Part shown: piece after piece, positions 25,913 to 32,000 of the stretch
How the letters are laid out: every line of letters begins with the position of its first letter
How positions within the stretch are numbered: position 1 is the first letter of the stretch
NCBI RefSeq assembly: GCF_900083515.1
Contig: NZ_LT671858.1
Location: forward strand, 1,470,001-1,502,000
Direction of reading: 5' to 3'
Source of the DNA: Cuniculiplasma divulgatum
GTDB taxonomy: Archaea; Thermoplasmatota; Thermoplasmata; Thermoplasmatales; Thermoplasmataceae
Length of the DNA: 32,000 bases
Notes under the pieces: generated by a model
Databases searched by the model: none
The model's input: the letters and a program-made list of their open reading frames with translations, nothing else
Told to the model about the DNA's origin: nothing
Translations under genes and position numbers: made by a program

Positions 25913-27700
25913 TTACGCCCCCGAGAAGAACTGCCTGATCAGTGGATGCATTTCCATCATTTGTTCCCTTCCCATTGCCTCATAGAACTGTATCACTATA
26001 CCAACAGCCAGCAACAGTCCTGTTCCGGACGTTTGCCCTACAGTTCCAATCAGGTCAGCTGATGCTGCAAGCAAACCGACAGCAGCTCCACTGAATACAG
26101 TAATTACAGGGATATATTTCTTAAGAACCCTTTCAAGAACCTTTGGATCCCGTCTGAAACCTGGAATCTGCATCCCAGAAGAAATAATCTGTTTGGCAAC
26201 GGCAGACGGACCCATATTTGTGGTTTCTATCCAGAACTTTGCGAACAGTATACTTGCTCCAGTCATGAAACCCAGAAAGACTACGATATGTATAACCTCC
26301 TCCCATGCAGTGTGATTGAATAGCACGGTAGGACCGTATACCGCTGGCTGTAGTATGGGGAATAGCCAATCAGCAAGCCCATTTGGAGTATAAAGATAGA
26401 ATGCCAGTCCTCCGGTTGGCTGGGATGACGACACGCTAAGGGCTGACGCCGCAGAGGGTGTTAGATATGACCCCAGCAACGGATTATGTCCTAACAGTGG
26501 AATATGAGACAAGGCGGGACTACTCCAGAACAGTAATGTCCACATTGATACATTTGCCAGCAGGGCCGTAGCCAGGATCACGGGTATGTTTGAAGCATAA
26601 AAGAGCTGAAGTGGATATCTTCCCCTGGCTCCCCTCACCCTTTCGTGTGCTATGGGAAGCTCTACCTTGCTACTCTGGAAGAAGGCAACAATGAAGAATA
26701 TCAACAGCGTTCCTATCAGTGCTATTATTGGATTAGGTGGTGAGAATAAAAGTCTTGGAATACCAAGAGAACTCTGAAGATATGAAGCTGAACCAAATAT
26801 TGATGTATATATTATATTTGGTATTGTTCCTACTGGTGGATTATTCAGGGCAGCGGTTGTAGAAAGAGCATAGGGCAGCGATGTATTAACAGGAGCCCAG
26901 TTAAAAGCCCCGGTAAATAGCTGTTGCGATACTCCTGCAGCAATGAAGAGTGATATACCAGATCCTATACCATATTTGGACACAAGTTCATCCATGAGGA
27001 ATACAAGATAGGAACCAAAGAATAATTGAGCCACTATTATGGATTCTGAAAGGAAATATCCGTATCCCGGGGCCATGCTGTTAAGTGATGTTATAAGAGC
27101 CGGATCTGGAACAAGATATCCGAATGCCTGTGGAATTGCTTCCACAAATATCATCAGTATAACTATTAATTTCTGTACACCCTGATAAATTGCCTTGTCG
27201 TCAGAGTTTGTGAGATCTATGTTAAAAATCTTGGCACCTGCGAATAGCTGCATAACTATACTTGCGGTAACAATTGGACCTATTCCAAGATCCATAAGAG
27301 ATCCTTCAGCGCCAGCGAAGATTGCCCTGAAAGATGCGAATACGTCCACAGTCTTACTCTGGTCAAGACCGTATATGTAAATGTTTGTTAAAACGAAATA
27401 TAAAACTACGACAACGAAAGTCCACAGAAGCTTGTACTTGAACTGTACATGTCCCTTTGCTTTTTTGACCGCGGGTAGTTTAGCGGTCAAATTCTCCAGA
27501 CCATATAACTTGGACTTTTTTGGTCCTTTATAACTCAAAACCAGATATAATATAGCAAATAACGGAGCTAACAGCACCGCAGCTATTAATAACTGGGGGA
27601 GGGGCAATTTACTGAAATACCAGAATCCGACAACAACCAGAGCATATAGGATTATTGTCGGGATACTGGATGCTTTATTCCGCTCTATCTGTTTGCTCAT
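25913..27700 (-). CDS. secY: Preprotein translocase subunit SecY (595 aa, N-terminally extended)
   Basis: Conserved SecY blocks are present: GIGPIVTASIVMQLFAGAKI, SKYGIGSGISLFIAAGVSQ, RGRYPLQLFYASNIPVILATAL and KKYIPVITVFSGAAVG. It follows L15 as in all spc clusters. Confidence 0.93.
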   Translation of the reverse strand: MSKQIERNKASSIPTIILYALVVVGFWYFSKLPLPQLLIAAVLLAPLFAILYLVLSYKGPKKSKLYGLENLTAKLPAVKKAKGHVQFKYKLLWTFVVVVLYFVLTNIYIYGLDQSKTVDVFASFRAIFAGAEGSLMDLGIGPIVTASIVMQLFAGAKIFNIDLTNSDDKAIYQGVQKLIVILMIFVEAIPQAFGYLVPDPALITSLNSMAPGYGYFLSESIIVAQLFFGSYLVFLMDELVSKYGIGSGISLFIAAGVSQQLFTGAFNWAPVNTSLPYALSTTAALNNPPVGTIPNIIYTSIFGSASYLQSSLGIPRLLFSPPNPIIALIGTLLIFFIVAFFQSSKVELPIAHERVRGARGRYPLQLFYASNIPVILATALLANVSMWTLLFWSSPALSHIPLLGHNPLLGSYLTPSAASALSVSSSQPTGGLAFYLYTPNGLADWLFPILQPAVYGPTVLFNHTAWEEVIHIVVFLGFMTGASILFAKFWIETTNMGPSAVAKQIISSGMQIPGFRRDPKVLERVLKKYIPVITVFSGAAVGLLAASADLIGTVGQTSGTGLLLAVGIVIQFYEAMGREQMMEMHPLIRQFFSGA

Positions 27701-28118
27701 CTACTTCTACCGATACCCCTGTAACGATAAGCTTATTTATGCATCTTTCGGTTGTTTTCGGCACAATGATTTTTGATTTTACCCTGAAATCTCCTGTTGA
27801 GAGAAGCTTTGTATAACCAGCAGCCTTAAGATCAACAACGGTTTCCCCATTTTCATCCCTGACGAATCCCTTTGATTTGAGTATTTCCATTGATTCAGCC
27901 AGTTCCTTCAGGGTAATTGGTATCTCAAGCTTTCCCTGTTTATGACTCTTGAATCCATGGACACCAAAGTGATTGGGATCAAACTTTATTACAAGCTGAG
28001 TTCTGTGTTTACCCAGTCCTGCCAGCCCAGATCCTCCTCTCTTTCCTTTGCCTCTTCCGGATTTGAAACCTCTTCCGTATCTTCCTCCTCTCTGTTTCTT
28101 TGTCTTAGTTCTTACCAT
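27675..28118 (-). CDS. rpl15: 50S ribosomal protein L15 (uL15)
   Basis: It has a Gly/Arg/Lys-rich N-terminus (KKQRGGRYGRGFKSGRGKGKRGGSG) and sits between L30 and secY. Confidence 0.92.
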   Translation of the reverse strand: MVRTKTKKQRGGRYGRGFKSGRGKGKRGGSGLAGLGKHRTQLVIKFDPNHFGVHGFKSHKQGKLEIPITLKELAESMEILKSKGFVRDENGETVVDLKAAGYTKLLSTGDFRVKSKIIVPKTTERCINKLIVTGVSVEVDEQTDRAE

Positions 28119-28605
28119 CTACTTTTACCCCCGGAATTAACATTCTTCTTATTAGTTGATTTATCTCTGAACCCCTGTAGCCAAGTGTTCCATCCTTCTT
28201 GTACTGTGATCTGATGTATTCATATCCTCCCTTTGGTGGGTGCATTCTTAGAACTGGGATTATTCCCGGTATGTCTAAGAATTTTAGTTTGCCTTCCATC
28301 AATTCCTGTGCAAGATGACTGAAACTTTCTATTCCCATATTTTCCTTCACATATTCTTCAGTCAATGGTTTTCGTCCCTCCAGTAGTGCTCTTGTTTTTA
28401 ACACCTCTATCAGGGTCTCCTTGTCTATTTCCCCCCAGGTTATGTAATCCTTTGCAGTCTGAAGCATTCCCTGAAGAGTTTCTGACTCGTTAATAAGAGC
28501 CATGTGATTTATATGATGTAGCCTCATCAATGAACAGGTTTTAGCTGCCTGCGGCCTGATTCCTGATGTTCCTCTAACCCTAATTACTGCCAGCATTTGC
28601 AACAC
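28105..28605 (-). CDS. rpl30: 50S ribosomal protein L30 (uL30)
   Basis: It has LAVIRVRG...TCSLMRLHHINHMALI...GMLQTAKDYITWGEI. Its cluster position also fits. The start may be the Met at 28596. Confidence 0.92.
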   Translation of the reverse strand: MLQMLAVIRVRGTSGIRPQAAKTCSLMRLHHINHMALINESETLQGMLQTAKDYITWGEIDKETLIEVLKTRALLEGRKPLTEEYVKENMGIESFSHLAQELMEGKLKFLDIPGIIPVLRMHPPKGGYEYIRSQYKKDGTLGYRGSEINQLIRRMLIPGVKVDGKN

Positions 28606-29242
28606 TCCCCTTATATATTGGTGTACTCAAGGCAATGCTTGGGTTTATCCTCATCTCTATGGTCTGCTTCAATGCAGCGAATGTGGCTTCAGCATAATTC
28701 ACAGTAGTCTTTGTATGACCCTTTGCAAATCCCCATGCATCCTCTATTCCTGCCATTCTCAAAATTGTCTTTGCAACATCCCCGGTGGCTCTTCCTACCC
28801 CCTGAGGTGAAGGCTTTATTCTTACTGTAACAGAACCTACATGTCCTGTTACCTGGAATGGAACTGTATGTGCTCTTCCGCAACCGCATTCCCATGAACC
28901 ACAGCCTCTTCTTATTTCTACAATGTTCAATTTTGCATTGTTTATGGCCTTTCTTATGGCTGGCGCAGCTTCTTTAGCCTTTCCTCTACCCAGTCCCACA
29001 AAACCATCCTCATTACCGACGACTGCAGTTATTGAATAATTCATTCTTCTACCTGAGTCCGTCATTCTTTGAGCTCTCTCAATATAAATTATTTCATCCT
29101 TCAGATCAGGCATCAGTATATCGACTATCTGATACTCTCTCAATGGGAGTTTCATTTTCAATGCTTCTGACATTGACTTAATTTCTCCTGAAGCTACCAA
29201 CTTTCCCAGTTCCGTCTTCGGAGTCCACTGTTCACCTTCCAT
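28580..29242 (-). CDS. rps5: 30S ribosomal protein S5 (uS5)
   Basis: It has the RMTDSGRRMNYSITAVVGNEDGFVGLGRGKAKEAAPAIRKA motif region and the expected cluster position. Confidence 0.93.
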   Translation of the reverse strand: MEGEQWTPKTELGKLVASGEIKSMSEALKMKLPLREYQIVDILMPDLKDEIIYIERAQRMTDSGRRMNYSITAVVGNEDGFVGLGRGKAKEAAPAIRKAINNAKLNIVEIRRGCGSWECGCGRAHTVPFQVTGHVGSVTVRIKPSPQGVGRATGDVAKTILRMAGIEDAWGFAKGHTKTTVNYAEATFAALKQTIEMRINPSIALSTPIYKGSVANAGSN

Positions 29243-29243
29243 C

Positions 29244-29738
29244 TTAATTCACCTTTTCATCAATCTTCTTTTTCATTTCATCCAGTTTGACAGGATGTTT
29301 TACGTGCTTTCCTTCCAGTCTCTCTTTGGACGGAAATATTTCTTCTGAGCACGGAACTTCTACACCGGAATCTGTAAATCCCTTAAGGACTGCTGATATT
29401 CTCCCACCCTTTATCAGGTCGAAGCGTCCTATGTCCAGAATGGCATAGTCTATGTCCTTTTTCTTGACGGTCTTGCCAAGATAATATCCTGCCAGATAGC
29501 ATGATTGTGTATTGTTACCTTTAATACCTGCAATCTTTTCCATAACCCTGGATGTTACGGTTCCCTTTATCACATCGCCATCTGGATCATATTCTGCAAC
29601 CTGTGCAGTGAATCCCTTACCTGAAACCCTGACCACCAGTCTGGGACTTTCAGATTTGAGAAGGCTTAGTCTTTTCCTGTAGTCTGTTACTCCTTCTTTT
29701 TTTCTCTTTAATAATGTTGGGGTCTTCATTTCACTCAC
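29244..29738 (-). CDS. rpl18: 50S ribosomal protein L18 (uL18)
   Basis: It has GVTDYRKRLSLLKSESPRLVVRVS...AQV and the expected cluster position. Confidence 0.92.
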   Translation of the reverse strand: MSEMKTPTLLKRKKEGVTDYRKRLSLLKSESPRLVVRVSGKGFTAQVAEYDPDGDVIKGTVTSRVMEKIAGIKGNNTQSCYLAGYYLGKTVKKKDIDYAILDIGRFDLIKGGRISAVLKGFTDSGVEVPCSEEIFPSKERLEGKHVKHPVKLDEMKKKIDEKVN

Positions 29739-30180
29739 CTAACAACCCTGCAAGTCTTATCTGTGATCTCAACTGTGCTCTGGACTTGATAGTGCCTCCC
29801 TTTACAATTCTGTAGTACTTTCTGTAAGTTTTAGCATCAATCTTGTTCTCACTTTTCAGAGTTCTCAGTTCATCCCTCAGCGCTCTAATTGTCTTTATCC
29901 ATCTTCTCTTTCTTGGAAATCTTGCGTTCCTGGTACCTCTTACAGATCCAGGGCCCCTTCTTCTTTCCTTGGAAAGTTGTTTTAGTCTCTTCTTAAATCT
30001 TGCATTTGAGTTACCTTTCTTTGGTTTGGCCTGAATTACGTGTTTCTCCATGAGATTTCTCACGTCTTCTCTGGTTGCTGCCTCCTGTACCAGAGTTAGA
30101 CTATCCATATCTACCCATATTCTTGATACACCTGACTTATATTCATCAGCTGCTATCCTTTTAGCTGTTTCTACTCTCAT
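29731..30180 (-). CDS. rpl19e: 50S ribosomal protein L19e (eL19)
   Basis: It has AKRIAADEYKSGVSRIWVD and a basic central region (KKGNSNARFKKR...RRGPGSVRGTRNAR). Confidence 0.92.
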   Translation of the reverse strand: MRVETAKRIAADEYKSGVSRIWVDMDSLTLVQEAATREDVRNLMEKHVIQAKPKKGNSNARFKKRLKQLSKERRRGPGSVRGTRNARFPRKRRWIKTIRALRDELRTLKSENKIDAKTYRKYYRIVKGGTIKSRAQLRSQIRLAGLLGE

Positions 30181-30591
30181 TTACTGCACCTTCCTGTTCA
30201 GCACCCTGATTCCAAGCTCATCGGCTCTTCCCTCAAGGACTTCCCTCTTCTTCCTTCCAACTGTGGACGATATCCTTGCTGCTTCCCTTTCGGGATTGAG
30301 CCCTTCTATCTCCTTCAGGTTATGCACCAAAACTTCCATGAAACCGGATGGGTGAAGATACCTTACAGCCTTTGGTCCTCTGTATCCTATATCAACAACA
30401 GGTGGCCTTCTCGCGAGATGTTCTCTCATTTTGGAGTGGTAACCCCTTGGCTTTCTGTATTCCTCACCAAACTTCTTGTATCGGAACCATTCCTGTCTTC
30501 TGAATTCAACTCTTTTTCTCGCCTGTTCATTCTTCTGTTTCAGCAACTTCTTTTGATCTTTTGACAGATTTGGTTTAAATGAAGATGACAT
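30181..30591 (-). CDS. rpl32e: 50S ribosomal protein L32e (eL32)
   Basis: It has [26 protein letters not shown] and HPSGF. It sits between L6 and L19e. Confidence 0.92.
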   Translation of the reverse strand: MSSSFKPNLSKDQKKLLKQKNEQARKRVEFRRQEWFRYKKFGEEYRKPRGYHSKMREHLARRPPVVDIGYRGPKAVRYLHPSGFMEVLVHNLKEIEGLNPEREAARISSTVGRKKREVLEGRADELGIRVLNRKVQ

Positions 30592-31133
30592 TATTCCTCA
30601 ACCTCCGTTTCTATTGGGAAAATTCCATCCTGGAATATTCTCAGGTCGAACCCCCTAATCTTTGTCGATCTTTCTATGTTTGAACAGGTCTCACCTATTT
30701 CTCTCCTGTCTATTCCAGTCAGTGTAATTCTGTCCCCTTTGATGGCTACCTTTGTTGCTCCAATGATCTTTGCCTCTCTTGGGCTCCTTTCTCCAAGGAA
30801 ATTCTCAACAAGAAGCACTGAGCCCCTTACAGATACCCTGGTAGGGAAATGCGTGTAATCCACTTTCATGGTGTATGTGAAGCCTTCCTGTACCCCCTTG
30901 AACATGTTTTTCACTTCTGATTTCCAGGTGCCTGAAATGGCTTTAGTATATCTGTTCTCTTTTGATTTCTCTATGATAACTGAACCTTCCTTTATCAGTA
31001 CTCTCACATAGTTATCAGCAAAGTTTCTCGTAACCTTTCCAAGTTTACCTGAAACTTCAAGAACTCCATCCTTCATTTCTGTTTTTATTCCGGATGGTAT
31101 TTTTAATTTTTCTGATTCTTTCCAATTAATCAT
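30591..31133 (-). CDS. rpl6: 50S ribosomal protein L6 (uL6)
   Basis: It shows the two-domain L6 pattern ([25 protein letters not shown]...) and the expected cluster position. Confidence 0.92.
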   Translation of the reverse strand: MINWKESEKLKIPSGIKTEMKDGVLEVSGKLGKVTRNFADNYVRVLIKEGSVIIEKSKENRYTKAISGTWKSEVKNMFKGVQEGFTYTMKVDYTHFPTRVSVRGSVLLVENFLGERSPREAKIIGATKVAIKGDRITLTGIDRREIGETCSNIERSTKIRGFDLRIFQDGIFPIETEVEE

Positions 31134-31143
31134 TTTCTTTCAC

Positions 31144-31533
31144 CTAATATATGTAAGCGAGGAGTTTTCCTCCAAGTCCGTGTTTTCTGGCTTCTACGTG
31201 GCTCATCACACCCTTTGTGGTCGTCACTATGAGAATACCGAAATCCTGGGCTGGTAGGTATCTTGATTCGAATGTATCAAGATTAACTTTCTTTACTGAG
31301 TATCTCGGCTTTATTGTACCACAGTTATTGATTGTGTTATTTAGATGTATCTTGAATTTGCCTCCCTGGCCATCCTCGATTACCTCAAAGCTTGTAATAT
31401 AATTGTAATCCTGCATAACCTTGAGGACTCTTCCGATCATCCTTGCTGCTGGGCCAACTTCAATCTCTCTCCTGCCTATGCTTGAAGCGTTCTTTATTGT
31501 GTTTATTATATCATTTAATGGATCATGTCTCAT
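31144..31533 (-). CDS. rps8: 30S ribosomal protein S8 (uS8)
   Basis: It has DPLNDIINTIKNA and GILIVTTTKGVMSHVEARKHGLGGKLLAYIY. A GAGGTGAT Shine-Dalgarno motif lies 5 nt upstream. Confidence 0.93.
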   Translation of the reverse strand: MRHDPLNDIINTIKNASSIGRREIEVGPAARMIGRVLKVMQDYNYITSFEVIEDGQGGKFKIHLNNTINNCGTIKPRYSVKKVNLDTFESRYLPAQDFGILIVTTTKGVMSHVEARKHGLGGKLLAYIY

Positions 31534-31542
31534 ATCATCACC

Positions 31543-31704
31543 TCAACTGTATTTCTTAAATCCAATGGCGGGAGCTGTTTCTCTGAAACATTGTCTGCAC
31601 ATTCTGATTCCGTATCTTCTAACCATTCCTCTCTTTCTTCCACACCTTACGCAACCTTCAACTCTACCGAATTTCTTGGTTGGTCTAAGAATTAAACTTG
31701 TCAT
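31543..31704 (-). CDS. rps14: 30S ribosomal protein S14 type Z (uS14), 53 aa (absent from the ORF track)
   Basis: Hand translation gives [53 protein letters not shown], with a CxxC...CxxC zinc motif. Its ATG overlaps the L5 stop by 1 nt. A GAGGTGAT motif lies upstream. Confidence 0.9.
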   Translation of the reverse strand: MTSLILRPTKKFGRVEGCVRCGRKRGMVRRYGIRMCRQCFRETAPAIGFKKYS

Positions 31705-32000
31705 TAATTAATCACCTCTACCTCAAACTTTTCCTTGAGAAACTTTAACGTTTCTTCTTTGGTTATGAATAATTTTGATGAAAGGTTCTGTTTTCTGATG
31801 TTTCTCTTGGAATTTCTGAAACCACCCCTTCTTTTCAGTACAACAGCCACATCCATTCCAAATATTCCAATTTCCGGGTCATATTTCATTCCCTTGAAAT
31901 CAGTATATTCTGAAACTCCAAAATATGCATTCCCCTGTTTGTCTACAGAATAATGTGGGAATTTGTATTCCCTTGCATACAGTGCCTCCTTAAGGAATTT
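31704..32000 (-). CDS. rpl5: 50S ribosomal protein L5 (uL5), 5'-truncated by the window edge
   Basis: The frame stays open to nt 32000 upstream of the listed Met: ...[55 protein letters not shown]. This is the typical L5 C-terminal half. Confidence 0.9.
   Translation of the reverse strand, partial: KFLKEALYAREYKFPHYSVDKQGNAYFGVSEYTDFKGMKYDPEIGIFGMDVAVVLKRRGGFRNSKRNIRKQNLSSKLFITKEETLKFLKEKFEVEVIN

Noticed and set aside
26133-26369. Same-strand alternative-frame ORFs inside secY (26133-26369) and rps5 (28689-28895).
   Set aside because: They are embedded in highly conserved coding regions whose primary frame shows clear family motifs. The alternative translations show no motifs and are most simply explained by chance.
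1-32000. A scan for CRISPR repeats, IS elements or transposases, integrases, toxin-antitoxin pairs and known defence genes.
   Set aside because: By eye I saw no regularly spaced direct repeats, inverted terminal repeats or recombinase-like ORFs. Every large ORF is accounted for by a housekeeping, transport or metabolic function.

Overview
This is a gene-dense, visibly AT-rich archaeal chromosome segment; I did not compute GC content. The archaeal assignment rests on the archaea/eukaryote-type ribosomal proteins L19e, L32e, L44e, S27e and L37e, topoisomerase VI A/B, aIF-2alpha, Nop10, Cbf5, Nop5, an Sm-like protein, archaeal-type adenylate kinase and a DUF106 membrane protein. A free-standing 5S rRNA gene not linked to 16S/23S, together with otsA/otsB, suggests a Thermoplasmata-like euryarchaeon. 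That lineage call is inference only.

Layout:
- 0-7.9 kb holds metabolic and transport genes: a 5'-truncated M13 peptidase, an MtnA-family isomerase, a sodium:solute symporter with a small partner protein, the orphan 5S rRNA, otsA-otsB and a C-N hydrolase.
- 7.9-13.2 kb holds top6B-top6A and the conserved L44e-S27e-aIF2alpha-Nop10-PAC2 cluster.
- 13.4-16.7 kb is an ECF-type transporter operon (S component, fused double ATPase, T component).
- 16.9-20.3 kb is the least conserved-looking stretch: a HAD hydrolase, an orphan membrane protein, a 315-nt AT-rich spacer, an alkaline-phosphatase-superfamily enzyme and two overlapping small ORFs.
- 20.4-25.4 kb holds Sm-L37e-purF, then nop5, cbf5, cmk and DUF106.
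- 25.4-32 kb is the distal end of the ribosomal-protein 'spc' cluster: adkA, secY, L15, L30, S5, L18, L19e, L32e, L6, S8, S14 and L5, which runs off the window.

Three real genes under 60 aa are missing from the supplied ORF track, and I recovered them by hand translation: Nop10, L37e and S14. Genes are tightly packed, with many 1-26 nt same-strand overlaps and GGTGA-type Shine-Dalgarno motifs before internal operon genes.

I found no CRISPR array, transposase, integrase, tRNA or recognisable defence gene, and I cannot point to a clear novel multi-gene system. The most unusual items are:
- an 84-aa highly basic tail on Cbf5 that overlaps nop5 in a second open frame;
- a compact Nop5 with no adjacent fibrillarin;
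- a SecY with an extra N-terminal two-helix extension;
- PurF initiating inside the L37e gene with a long propeptide;
- the orphan segment at 17.7-20.3 kb.
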